DNA of 64,000 nt from Malacoraja senta (lineage: Eukaryota). A model generated the notes under the pieces. That model searched no databases. It was given only the letters and a program-made list of their open reading frames with translations, and was not told where the DNA came from. The stretch is from assembly GCA_038087875.1 (NCBI GenBank), contig CM075997.1, positions 496,001-560,000 of the forward strand. The letters are read 5' to 3'. A program made the translations under genes and the position numbers. Of the stretch, positions 23,644 through 36,815 are shown in pieces. Each line of letters starts with the position of its first letter. Within the stretch, counting starts at the first letter, position 1.

Positions 23644-26600
23644 AGTACAGATGTGCAGTTTCTCAGCCAGCTGTAGTGTCTGATTTTGACTGCCAATTTG
23701 GGCTGTAACCCAGTGGTTTGGGACTGACCAAACTCGTTTATGTAACGACCTGCCTGCCAACAGTGAGGAAATGGTGAGGTGCATTTGGTCTCAGTTTCAA
23801 GCTGTGTGGCAATGAATCCACAAACGGCTTTTTAAAAAGTAGGACTGCCAAAAATATTATTTTGAGATAAACATTATTCTGATTTGCTCTTCTACCTGGA
23901 GTTTTCAGTGAGAAAATTGATTTTTGTTAAACTGTAACAGCCAAGATGGATCACCAGGGTTCATAATACAGCACACAAGTTTAAAAAGTACAAAAGATAG
24001 AAGCAGTGGCTCAGCGACGAGAGGTTTTGGTGTTTAGCTTGCAGACAAAGATGGGGAAAGTCTTTCAGTGAAGTTACAGGAGTGGAGCTGAAGAAGGGTC
24101 TTGATCCGAAACGTCACTTTTCTCCAGAGATGCTGCCTATCCCACTGAGTTACTCCAGCATTTTGTGTCTATCTTTGGAGCTCTGGAGACTGAATGACGT
24201 CCTGCCCTTGGACAGCAGGTAGGAGTTAATGTGTGTGGGATGATGCATTTATAGGTTCGGAGATTCGGGAAAGGAGTGTCAAAAATAGTGCAGGAAGCAC
24301 TGAAGGAGAGAGAGAAAGAGAGAGTGAATGGAACTGAAAGGAGTGGGAGGGATTGACTCTCAAGATGACACACAGTTTCCTATTTCAGAAAAGTGATAGG
24401 AAAATGGATATCTCAACTATTCTCCAAGGGCAAAGTGAACTCTTAATAGCTCGGAAGAAACTTTTACCTTGTCAGTCCAAGCTTGAATTTTGGATTTAAC
24501 TGGCAATGAGTTTATCTGTCATCTTGATGGATATTTGCTCGCAGCACTGGGACTGCTTGGCGTAATGCAGTTAGGTACCTGACCACTTCCTGACTCATTC
24601 AGCTTCAAAATGCTTCAGTTTTGTATAAGACGTCTGGTATGAGGGGACTTGATACAGCTGTTGGCAGTGCGGGACCGTGTATGAGGTTTGTCAGACATTA
24701 CACTGCCAAAATGTTGAAAATATCCCAAAATTAGACTAGTATAGACTTCTTTTCGTTGCTCCTGTTTGTAGCAATAGTCACTCATTAACCATTCCACCCA
24801 TGAGGTAGAGCAAATTGCTTTGATTTATATTTTGAAACTTTTAATCTAATTAAAATTTAATTCTGTTTTATTTAGGCCAGCGTTTATATGCAGCTCAGTT
24901 CAGGAGGGGACGCAAAGTGCTGGAGTAATTCAACGGGTCTGGCAGCGTCTCTGGAGAAAATGGATAGGTGACGTTTCAGGTCAAGATCTGAAGCGTTACC
25001 CTTCCGTGTGCTCCACAGATGCTGCCTGACCCGCTGAGTTACTCCAGCACTTTGTCCTTTTACACTTCAAGAGATTTGGATGTCCAAAGAATATTTTAGA
25101 AGCAAATTGTTTTTTAGAAGAGCAGTCTCTAGAGGAAATATGACGGCCACTTTGCAAGCAGCAGAATCCCACAAAAATCTATTTCTATGTCGTTGAATAT
25201 CTGATTAAATATTAGAGCACAAGGAATCATTCCTCCCCTATTGAAATAGTGCTACAAGATTACTTGTATTCTACTGTATGCCTGTCTATCCTTTGTCTCA
25301 TTCTCCGGTAGCTCTACTGTACAGCACACTTCAACACTGAATAGGGTTGGCACCTTTTATGTTGTCTCTTGTGGGACATGCACTAACAAGCAACTGTCCC
25401 AGGAACCAAAGTAATAACTGCCGCGCCATAACTGACACCGTACAGAAAGATCTTTGTTAAATGTCTTTGTTTTATGAAAGGCAGTACCTAACATTTAAAT
25501 AATATTTTGCCCTCCCGATTGTTTGACTAGAATTTTATAACAGAAGTGTTGATTCTAATTGCTGGTAATGGTTGCTCACAATAACCACCCATTATCTCTC
25601 CCCTCCCCCTCCCTAAAAAAAAAGATCCCTCTCAACTTCATGGATTGTCGTCCGTCAGTAGTAGACAGCATTTTAATTAAGGGGCTTCAGATAACGTGGT
25701 AAAATAGATGACATCATAAAACATAAGAACCTGAATTTATTGAATGCCATCAAACCCTTAAAATTATATTACTTTTTTAAAGAACTTGCTGTCCAGTCTC
25801 TAGTATTTCTGGATAGAGTGTGTGCTCTCCCCCTTTTTAAATCATCTTGCTTGAAAATGTTGTCAGCCGTGCAGCTTGAATCCTTTGTCAAGCTGCAGTG
25901 CTGTTGCTGTCAATGCATGTTGCACGATTTCCAGAGAGGTGCAATCATCAGGCCTGATGTAAAAGTAAATGGATGTGCATTTGAATTTTGTCTTCATTTA
26001 ATCTCTCTCGTGAAAGCCATACAGTTGCTGATTTTGTTTGTCCCTACATCAGTGAAAGATTATTCTGCATGAAATGAAGGTGAGCCTGTCATCTAAAAGT
26101 GGAGCGCTCAATAATTTGAGACTGTCGAAAGAGTATAGAGTAATGCTAAAACAATTAACTTGACATATAGTTTTCCCGATCAGCTTTATGCTAGTGACAC
26201 AGTATCTGATGCTTACTGATGGGTTCATGGCTGTGGATTTATTCAATTTTGGATCATATCTACTTGCTGGCAAATAAATTCTAGGGCGATATCCAATCTT
26301 TTATGGATCATTATTAGATAGTGTTGCTGTTTGACGCATTTACTGATCTGCACAGAGGGAAGAGCAAATGAAAGCAAATCACGGTGACGCAAAAGTTTTT
26401 CAGATGGTGCTTTGCTAGTGATTTATCCACGTTGCAGTTCCTGCATCTGTTTGACATGTAGCAACTGGTGCTTCTCAATCATAGGCCACAGCTTAAAATA
26501 TCCTCCATAGACAGTATCTCGTTTTGTAAGGGTGAGAGTGCTCCTGGTGTATGATGTTTGCGGATCAGTGTAGATGGAAAATTTATACGTTTGGACCATT

Positions 26601-27083
26601 TTACTTTCTGTGAAGTTAACTGAAGTAGTGATTGGGAGAGATAGTTTCCATTAGCAGGAGGGTGGTTCATCATTTCTAGGAGCAGAATTAGGCCAATCGG
26701 CCCATCAAGTCTACTCCGCTATTTAATCGTGGCTGATCTACTATTCCCTCTCAACCCCATTCTCCTGCCTTCGCCCCGTAACTCCTGACACCACAGGACA
26801 GACATACAAGAGGTACAATTGAGATGTTTCTTTTAAGTTGGAGACAGAAGGAACTGCAGATGGTGGAATGCACCACAAAGTGCTGGAGAAACTCAGCGGA
26901 TCAGGCAGCATCTGTGATGGGAATAATAATAATAATAATAGATGGATAGGTGTTGTTTTGGGTCGGGATCCTTCAGATGGACTGTTTAAGAAAGAACTGC
27001 AGGTGCTGGAAAAATTGAAGGTTGACAAAAATGCTGGAGAAACTCAGCGGGTGAGGCAGCATCTATGGAGCGAAGGAATGGGT

Positions 27084-27111
27084 GACGTTTCGGGTCGAGA
27101 CCCTTCTTCAG
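27084..27111 (-). ncRNA. Minimal type I hammerhead ribozyme core (putative)
   Basis: Minus strand agt-CTGAAGA-A-GGGT-CTCG-ACCC-GAAA-CG-TC-acc, an intact core. Confidence 0.6.
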
Positions 27112-30100
27112 ACTGATTGTAGTAGGGGGGAGAAAGCTGGAAAAGAGAAGTGCGGGAAGGACAAATCCTGGCAAGTGAAGGGTGGATACAGGTGAGGAGG
27201 GTTAGAGTGGCAAATAGAAAATGCATGTGGCTGTAGTGAGTCTAGGTCAGAGCATGGTCGAAGAGTAGCAGGAATCGGAGAGGAGCAGTGAAGAGGGTCT
27301 TAGATCACTGTACCTGTGAGAGTGTAGATTTAATAATTTCTTCCAAAAAAGGAATTGGATGTTTATAAATGCATGCAGGGTTACGGAGAAAGAGCATGGG
27401 ATTAATTGGATAGCAGTTCAAAGTGCTGACTGTAACATTCTCTGATAGTTTTACTGGGTTTTGATTGAGTGGATGCGATATGAGAATTTTAGAATGCATT
27501 GAAAATAAAAGCGTAAATTGTTTTCCCATCATTTGCAGCACTGTTTCATGCTGCCTTGTCCTCGGCTGAGAAGGAATAAAATGCACTGGGAAATTTCCCA
27601 TGGTATTCCCCGTTGATAAACGTTAAGGATTGACAAGTCTGTCAGTTCAAGAGTTGGAGGTGGGTGGGGGATAGTCAGGAAACATGAAAGTAATTTCCCC
27701 AAACCCATTCAAAGAGTGAAGGATTTTAAAGATGACAAACTACAGAACTTCCCCAAATAAAATACATTTTCTGTAAGAATGAGGTGTGTGGTGTATGCTG
27801 TAAACAAATAATGGCATAAGATCAATCCCGGTCACTTGCAGTGGTGTTTAATTGACAAGAGAATTGGTCAATCGCCCTTGTTGTGGCTGGGAATAGCATA
27901 GTGATCTAAATGAAGCTTTTCATTTAATATACTTGATGGCACGAGTATGATGAATGACAAAAATATTGCCCCAGAGTCTCATTGAAAGCAGATCTTGTAG
28001 CTATATTGTGGCAGTCAGTACAACCAGATTTATTGGGAAAGAATCGTATGGTATGGGGGGAATTACTAATCCTTTTCTATAACAGAAAACGTGTCGACCA
28101 CAAGGTTATCTTAAAAATATTGTACGTGTACTGGAACCCTTGGTAGTGCTGTGCCATGGCAACGTAATCTGACTCTAACAAATTTGTATTGTATGCTGAA
28201 CTGTGTTTTAGAGACCTCTATTGGCATAGAGCCAAACCAGATGTGAAAATGGACACCTGCTTGTTTAAAAGTCCCTGATCAAAGGAATGCTTTTCATATT
28301 CTATGTTGTATTTTAGTTTTCCATCCCTCTTTTTTTTTGCAGCACTGGCGCCTAAGAGGTGCTGTTATAAATTAATCCTGTAAGATTTTTATGATTAAAG
28401 CAGAGTACATAGCTCCTCAGCTGCAAGGTTGAGCAAAGCCAATTCTTTGCTGTTGCTTTTATCTCTCTTGTTAAATGGTAACAAAGGCATTTCAGATTGT
28501 CTGGAATGCCTGACTTCTCTTGTTTGAAAGATTAGGGCTGGTGGCGTCTGAATGGCTTCAGGCACAGGTACTGTCTCCGAATAGCTTACAGATCCTGTCT
28601 GTTGGGTCGGAACTACCTGGACTTGAATGCTGTGCTGTTGAGCACCCAGTCTGTGATGACGAGTTACTGCACAAGGTCATTTCCCCCAAGGGTAGGGAAT
28701 CAAGAACCAGAGGACATGGGTTTAAGGTGAGATGGGGAAGATTTAATAGGAACCTGAGGGGCAACTATTCCACGCAGAGAATGATGCGCATACGGAACCA
28801 GCTGCCGGAGGCAGGCACTATAACAACATTTAAAAGACATTTGGACAAGTATGTGGATAGGAAAGATTTAGAGGGAGTGTTAAAGAAGGAACTGCAGATG
28901 CTGGAAAATCGAAGGTACACAAAAATGCTGGAGAACTCAGCGGGTGCAGCAGCATCTATATGGCAACGTTTCGGGCCGAAACCCTTCTTCAGACTGATGA
29001 AGGTGGGGACTAGTGTAGATTGGGCAGGTGGGACTAGTGTAGATGGGGCATGTTGGTTGGCATTTGCAAGTTGAGCTGAAGAGCCGTTTTCTGTTCCAAA
29101 AAACTCTGACTAGTTGGACAGCGTAGATAATGGGACTAACGTGAAGGCCATCCAGGGTTCGCTTCTCATGTCTGTTAACCTGTGTGTTAAATTTCTCCAC
29201 CCTTGGTCATACATTAGTTGTCTAGCTATTCTAGTGAGCCTCAGCCATGAAGTCTATAATTGATGCAAGGTTTCCGGGGAACAACAGCTAGGGGATTATA
29301 CACCGCAATACGCTGTCTGTGTGAGTAGATGAGAAAATTGAGGAAAAAGTCAAATCTTTGATGGACAACATGATTTAATCAAGGAACAGATTCTCTATTC
29401 TGCTCTCTTTAATTTAGTGCATAATTACAGTTCTGCTTGTTACATAATGAGAGGCAGACTAATTCAGTAATTCCCTCTGCTTTGTTTCCCACCATCCCCA
29501 CCTTCTCAAGGACAAGATTTTTTTAAATTTCTGCCAATAAAATGTATGTATTTGATTGTTTTAAAATCTAGCATTTAAATCGCAGAGTAGCAAAATTAGT
29601 GGGAATGGTAGATGAAAACGAGTTGCTTATAGACGGGAAAGTTTTGGATCGAAATCTAATGATAGTGGCCGTAAAGAAAAAGAGCTTGCCTTCAGCGTGT
29701 GTCCTGCAAGATCATTATAATGTACCAAATCACTCCTACATTCAGTACATTTATTTTGAAAGGTCTGTTATGTAGGGAATAGTGAGATCCTAAATATATA
29801 TAGAGCATGAACCTGTAATAGTAGGTGATGGCTTTGTTTTGCATTAACCTTTTGTGGTCTGATCCGTTGATGGAAAATATGTCAAGCAGGTAGACAAAAA
29901 TGCTGGAGAAACTCAGCGGGTGAGGCAGCATCTATGGAGCGAAGGAGATAGGCAACGTTTCGGGTCGAAACCCTTCTTCAGACCAAACATGTCAAGCAGG
30001 GAACCAGTTCTTATCTGCAGTGCACAAAATGTACCTGTCTCCCTTGACTTTTTAAAAACAATAAAGTAAACTGTAGTCCTACCATGCACAAAGTACATTT

Positions 30101-30367
30101 CTTCTTGCCTTGCCAGCAAAGGTCATCCATTGAATATTGGAACTTCTCAATGTTTGCATTTTGGGCCACGTGGTCAATATAGAGTCTGAATAACCTAAGG
30201 GATAACCATTTTGAATGTGGAGACAATCACTAAATTTTCAACTTTTTTTTCCCCCCTCAGGAAGTGTTTTTCACGCAGTGTAATGGTTGTCAGTCGACAG
30301 CTGAAGCTCCTTGCCTAGTGGAAGAAGTCAATCTTAAAGAGATTCTTGCCATGTGTGTTCCAAGAAA

Positions 30368-30449
30368 ATGGGTGTTAATGCTTCTACCTACCCGTATCCA
30401 TCATGTCAGACAGCTGGGGTGAAAACGCATTCATCTAATGCAATCGGTG
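30368..30449 (+). CDS. BTBD7: BTBD7-like, first coding exon (exon 30261-30449 including 5' UTR)
   Basis: MGVNASTYPYPSCQTAGVKTHSSNAIG resembles the BTBD7 N-terminus MGANASNYP and keeps the MGxxxS myristoylation-type motif. Acceptor TTTTTTTTCCCCCCTCAG|G at 30260, donor G|GTAAG (phase 1). Not in the ORF track. Confidence 0.85.
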
Positions 30450-30682
30450 GTAAGAATTTTATTCTGTATCATTGGAAGAGACTAACCAGGATCCAATTTG
30501 CGCGCCAGGGATGCACTGTGGTTTCAAAATGATTTCTGAAACAGTGACTTCACGGAAGATGGATTTTATGGTACCTTCTTGGTTTCTTTTTCAAATTAGG
30601 ATTGTTCTCTTCAGGGCAGAGCGCTTTTAACTGGAGAAACTGTTTCTATCGGTAGGTGGATTAGTAACTGGGGGACATGGGT

Positions 30683-31544
30683 TTAGATTAGATTTATTCT
30701 TGTCATTTGAACGTCAAAGAGGCTCAAACGAAACTCCGTTTCCACAGCCATACAAACAAAACAATTCCTACACGACACACAAACAATTCAATTTACAGAA
30801 AAACATCCATCACAGTGAATCTCCTCCTCACTGTGATGGAAGGCAAAGTCTTTTCTCTCCCCTGCACCATTTTTCTCCCGATGTTGAAGCCCCAGGCGGC
30901 AATGTTAAGTCCCACGGCCGTTGAGGCCGCGCCGGGCAGTGTACGGCCTCGCTCCGGGCCCAAAAGTCACAAGTTGGAGCCCCCGGCGGGCGCTGGAATG
31001 TCCCGCGGCCATTAAAGCCGCGCCGGGCGATTTACAGCCCCGCTCCGGGTCGTTCCAACCCCACGACACGGGCGGGAGAAGTTGCATTGCGGGAGCTCTG
31101 GAAAGCGGCCTCTCACCCGGACCCGCGAGCCCCCGTAGTCCCAGTCCACCGGTCTGCAGCTGGAGCTCCGGAGTCGGGCCACAGCAGCGAGCCACCACCG
31201 CTCCTCACGCTCCGAGGCCGGCCAGCCCCACGATGGTGAGTCCGCAGCTCCACAGGCTCCGTGACTGGAGCCCCCAGGTCGTCCCGGTCAGAGGCCGCTC
31301 CACGGAGCTAGGCCCCAACGACAACGGAGACCCGACAGGGAAAAGGTCGGGTCTCCCGTGCAGGGAAGAGATTTTTTAAAGTTTCCCCCTCCCCCCCCCC
31401 CCCCGCCCCGCTCCGCCCCCCACATATACACATATACACAGTTAAAAACAGTATAAAAAAACACAAACAACTACATTTAACTAGACAAAAATTAAAAAAA
31501 AGACAGACAGGCTGTAGGGGGCCGCTGCAGTAATCCGCGCCGCC
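30683..31544 (-). mobile_element. ~860-bp GC-rich non-autonomous retroposon, copy A
   Basis: Reverse-complement homologue of 33628-34474. The minus-strand 3' end has AATAAA and a (TCTAA)n tail. No credible ORF. Confidence 0.7.
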
Positions 31545-33627
31545 GCACTCCTGAATAGTTTAAGATTTCTGCCAGAGATATAGGTGAGAAATAAAGTGCT
31601 TAAGCAGAATGTTTCTTCTGATTTGGGAGGTGCTGCCTCATTCATAAAAAAATACTGCAAGGGCCTCATTGAGGTAGATTGTAGATTAGATGGAGTCGAT
31701 TGGAGGGTGGGGTGCATAATTGACCTGCAAAGATATTTAAAATACTCTGAAATGCAGTTTGTTTTCTATCTTTTGCCATGTCCAGGTTATGTATAAGTGT
31801 AGGTATTGCATATCAAGGGTGTTATTGACTTTGTTGAGGATGAATAAGGAAGGATCCTCACCCGTATTCACACATTTTTCTGGATATTAATCTTTATCAA
31901 TTGCAATGGTCTCTATATTGGTTTCAAGATGACCTTCATGCAGTTCCTTTCATTTTTCTATGCTGTGCAATCAAATACGCAGCATCCATTTTGGCTGATC
32001 AGTACCCTGCAGAGAGCAATCACGTTTTCAAACATAATATTTTTGAGAAATATTGTGCATGGTATTGATTCAGATTGTTAACAAGACTTGGTTCTTGTTA
32101 ACTCCGGTATCTTTGTTCACTGTGCTATGCAAAGTTATCAAAGCAAAAAAAAAATTCTACTTGTCAGAATTTTAGAGGGCTTAAACCCAGTTTGTTTTTC
32201 GTGATAGCTTTCTGATCTTTTGATGTGCCATGCTGCAACTTGTGTACTGTGAGTTTGTGCATTGCTCTAAGTTTTGAAGTCTCTTATTTTCCTGTTGGGC
32301 TTTGTGGCTTGCGAGCTTGATTTATTAGCCTATAAAACATACCTTGCGTGTGTGTTCTTTTAAAGTCTTCTGGCGTCCTAGTAGCATGAGTTAATTCTTA
32401 GAACCGTTTCAAGTCCAGTTCAGACGGCTGGGAGGGGCCTGTCTGGTAGAACGGAGAATTAAAATTCCCAATCTTGTTCCTTTTAAAAGAAGTACATTAC
32501 TATCCCTTTTAATTCTGTTCTAACCTTGAGCTTTGCTTGAGGAAGGTAGTAGGATGGCTCGTTTGCAAAGTGTTTTCCCTTTTTGTTTTAAGGAATACAA
32601 CGTATGGGTTTACTATAGAGAGATGTTCTGCCGAAGAAAATGTTTGCAATTGCTAAATTAGTGCTTAAATGAAGGTTTGCCAGTCTGAACCGCCCCCTCC
32701 CCCCGCGCTCCACACACACACACCTTCCTTGAATAAGGGATCTGGGCATTGACGTGGCACCAAGAACTCTTAACGATTGATTGACTGCATACAGAAAATG
32801 AGAGTTCATGTTATTGAGTGCTGAATATAGAAATTGCAGATGGAAGCGTTGTCCCTGTGCCAGAAACCTCAGCATGTCTTTGATTACAAATCTTAACAGA
32901 GTTGAGAGCTGTGCATGGCAGTGTGGGAGGAAACAAAGTTAACATTTCTCTTCTTTCCAACTCTTTCAAGGCTGGGGAAACTTTCAGAAATTTGAGGGAT
33001 CAATTTAGGCGGTGGAAACTTTGAATTAATTGAGCAAAGCTTTGAGTTTTGCCCTTTGATTTTGCAATCCTCCCAAGATGTAATTTTTTTTAATTTGCTG
33101 TCTTCTCCTTCCAATTTAAACTGTTTACTTGGTGCCTTTTCCCACATATGCTTTGAACAAATCTAAATTCTAATGGCACCTTGAGTTTTGGGGAATGGTT
33201 TCCGCTGGGTATGGGTTGCCTTTTGGGGAATTTTGTAATTGTCTACAATCTAAAATTCTGTTTTATTTATGCTGAGTTTTTTTAATATGCCGACAATTCT
33301 GTCACCCCACTATTGACGAGTGGACAATAAAGTCTGGGATTCTTCTATCTTTTTTTATACTTAAAACACTCCATAAACGAGCCTTAATGTGTGGGGGGGG
33401 GGGGTCTTCCCACCCCCACATCAGTCTGAAGAAGGGTCTCGACGCAAAACGTCACCTATTCCTTCATTCCATCGATGCTGCCTCACCCGCTGAGTTTCTC
33501 TAGCATTTTTGTCTACCATCCATTTTTCCAGCATCTGCAGTTCTTTCTTAAACAAAAGGTACACAAAAGTGCTGGAGAAACTCAGCGGGTGCAGCAGCAT
33601 CTATGGAGCGAAGGAGATAGGCAACGT

Positions 33628-34474
33628 AGGTGGCGCAACCCACGTCGCAGCGGCCTCTGCAGTCCGTCTGTCTTTTTTTATTTTTTTGTCTCGTTTGAGT
33701 GTAGTGTGTAGTGTATAGTGTTTTTTTTTTTTTAATTGGGTATGTGTGGGGGGTGGGTGGGGAAACTTTTAAAATCCTTTCCCTGTATGGAGGACCCGAC
33801 TTTTCTCTGTCGGGTCTCCGTTGTCGTTGGGGCCTAGCACCGTGGAGAGGCCTCCAACCGGAACGACCTGGGGCTCCAGTCGCGGAGCCTGCGGACTACT
33901 CACCATCGTGGAGCTGGCCGAGTTCGGAGTGTGGAGAGCTGTGGTGGTGCGCGTCTGCGACCCGACCCCGGAGATTCGGAGGCTCCAGCCGCAGGTCTGG
34001 TGGACGGTGACGTCGGGAGCTCGCGGGTCCCTGGTGGGAGACCGCTTTTCGGAGCTCCCTGAACGGCAGCTACTCCCGCCCGAGTTGCGGGGTTGAAGAT
34101 GACCTGGAGCGGGGTCTTACATCGCCCGGCGCGGCTTTAATGGCTGCGGGACTTGCTAGCGCCTGCCGGGGGCTCCAACATCAAGACCCGGAGCGCGGCC
34201 TTGCATCGCCCGGCGCGGCCTGAATGGCTGCGGGACTTACTTACCATCGCCCGCCGGGGGCTTTGACTTTGACATCGGGAGGAGAATGGGGAGTGCAGGG
34301 GAGAGACAAGACTTTGCCTTCCATCACAGTGAGGAGGAGATTCACTGTGATGGATGTTTGTGTAAATTGTGTTGTGTCTTGGTTCTTTTCTTGTTGTATG
34401 ACTGCAGAAACCAAATTTCGTTTGAACTTCATTTGAGGTCCAAATGATAATAAACGGTATTGTATTGTATTGTA
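33628..34474 (+). mobile_element. ~850-bp GC-rich non-autonomous retroposon, copy B
   Basis: Ends in AATAAA and (TATTG)n. Has a 12-bp stem CCATCACAGTGA/TCACTGTGATGG. Splits a hammerhead repeat (GGCAACGT|...|TTTCGGGCCGAAACCC). Confidence 0.7.
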
Positions 34475-34571
34475 TTTCGGGCCGAAACCCTTCTTTAGAC
34501 TTTCTTAAACAAAGTTCATTTAACTCTGACTATAAATAATCTCACTTGTTGTTTACTTATTTCCTGGACAG

Positions 34572-35636
34572 AATCTCCTTCGCACCCACAGTTTGGATGT
34601 CAACTGGATGGGAAGTTCTGCATCTCTGGGCTGGGCCAGGACAAGCGCGAGAAGAAGAAGAGCTCTAACCTCGCCCTGCTGAAGAAGAAGCTGTTCAGGC
34701 GTCGCAAGTCGGCCAAGTCAGCGGACCATGCCAAGCACATGCGTGAGCTCCTGTGTGGGTGGGACGTGCGCGACGTGGGCCTGCTGGTGAAGCAGTATGA
34801 AGCAGCTTTGGCCGTGAAGGAGCTGGTGTTCCAAGCGTGCGTGGCCAGGCCAGAGGCCAGCCGTTTAAATGAGGACCTGGCCAAGCTGTATCAGTTCAAG
34901 TACTGTACTGACGTGGACCTGATATTCCAAGATACATGCTTCCCCGTCCACCGCGCCATATTGGCAGCCCGGTGCCCTTTTTTCAAAACCCTGCTCTTGT
35001 CTAACCTGGACCGTGCCGAGCTGGTGATGGACATCAGCACTGTTGGCATAGACATGCCGATATTGTCCTCCCTTTTGCACTACCTGTACAGTGGAGAGTT
35101 CGGCATGCGGGACTCCCAGATCAAGAATGTTGATGTCTTGGTCCGTCTCAGTGAGGAGTTTGGCATGCCCAACGCCCTTCACTTTGACATCTACAGCCTC
35201 CTGGAAAGCTGCTGCTACTACGACGCAGTCCTCAGTTTCACCTCCAGCCCCGAGGTGACTGATGGTTTTGAAGGGTGTCGCCTGGAGGGGGACTTCCGCT
35301 GCCACAAGGCCATCCTCTGTGCCCGCTCGCCCTTCTTCCGCAATCTACTCCAGAAGCGGATTCGCAGTGGCGAGGAGACCACGGATCGGACCTTGCAGAC
35401 TCCAGCTAGGATCGTTCTCAACGAAGCAATCATTCCAAAGAAATATGCAAAAGTCATTTTGCATTGCATGTACACAGACCTGGTCGACCTGGACTTGGTT
35501 CTGCCATTCAGCCCCTCTTCAGGGAGCCTGAGAGAAGTGCATGATGAATCAGGGAAGGACAGCGAGACTCGATTGGAGAACGCAATGGAGCTCTTCCATA
35601 TAGCACTCTTCATCGAGTTTGATATGCTGGCACAAG
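34572..35636 (+). CDS. BTBD7: BTBD7-like coding exon 2 (both BTB/POZ domains)
   Basis: SADHAKHMRELLCGWDVRDV, YCTDVDLIFQDTCFPVHRAILAARCPFFKTLL, HKAILCARSPFFRNLLQKRIRSGEETTDRTL, IIPKKYAKVILHCMYTD match BTBD7. CAG| acceptor and G|GTAAG donor, phase 1/1. Confidence 0.95.
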
Positions 35637-36608
35637 GTAAGGAGAAAGTGCTTGGAATGTGTGTGGGGGGGGAGGGGAGAGGGGGGGGGGATTAAATGGG
35701 AGAATTCTGCTCTGTAATGAGTGACTACTTACACAAGTCTGAAGAAAGTCAAGTTGCAGAGGTGAATGCAAGGAACTCCAGATGCTGGTCTACACAAGAC
35801 ACCTGGCGTAACTCAGCAGGTCAGGCAGCATCTCTGCAGAACATGACTAGGCAATGTTTTGTGTCAGGGTCCTTCAGACTGTGGTGGGGGGGGGGGGGAG
35901 AGGGGGAGCAACAATCTGTTAGTAAAACACTTATTAGCTCCAGCCAGCATGTTGTGACCACTTCTGTATTTCTGCATTTAGAAGGGTCCTGCTTGGGGAG
36001 TTTGATGAGGTGACGTACTAGAGTGGAATCAAATGTGAATGATTCTCGTTAAACAGTGAGACCAGCAGAACTAGAAACCTTCTGTAGATCAGCAAAGGTT
36101 ATGGTGTGATTTGATATTCAAAATCTTGAATTATTGCAAATCGGAATTCTTGTTCCCGGTACAGAAGTCTTGGTAACCAGAGAACACTGAGTTGTGATGC
36201 TGTCAAAAGAATTTGTGAGGAAAACAATTGACGGAGAGCGTGTGATATAAAATACATGCCAATAGAAGAGATTAAATGTAAATGTTCTAAAGAAAATTAA
36301 ATAAAAGGTGGGGGTGGGGAGGAATTGTAAATTGCCACAGAATGCTTGCAAGAATTCACAAGCTCTTTAATTAAAACATAGAAGGTGAAGTAAGCCATTA
36401 GGCGAATGCTTTGCCATTCATTGAGGTCATGGCTGGTCTTACTTCAGTGTCCCGTTACCCAGCCCTGCATACCTCATTCCCAGGGTGAGGCAAACTGGAG
36501 GAACAGCATATTCTGTGTGGGTCGTCTACGACACGATGATATGAACATTTGAATTCTCATCGCCCATCTGCCGACCCGATCATCTCTGATCCCCTGACAC
36601 ACATCCTT

Positions 36609-36815
36609 GGGCAGCACGGTGGCGCAGCGGTAGAGCTGCTGCCTTACAGCGGCAGAGACCCGGGTTCCATCCTGATCACGGGTGCTGTCTATACGTTCTC
36701 CCTGTGACTGCGTGGATTTTCTCCGGGTGCTCTGGTTTCCTCCCACATTCCAAAGATGTACAGGTTTATAGGTTAATTTGGTTTGGAGAAATTGTATAGT
36801 ACATAGGATAGTGCT
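36609..36815 (+). mobile_element. HE1-like V-SINE
   Basis: GGGCAGCACGGTGGCGCAGCGGTAGAG head and V-core. Confidence 0.7.

Noticed and set aside
30700..34436. Several 60-150 aa ORFs in the GC-rich inverted elements, and a possible 5' HDV-like ribozyme
   Set aside because: Frames are not conserved between the two copies. I could not build a nested double pseudoknot by eye.
34600..35613. Antisense ORFs over the large BTB exon
   Set aside because: Shadows of the GC3-rich codon usage of the sense exon, with no recognisable product.
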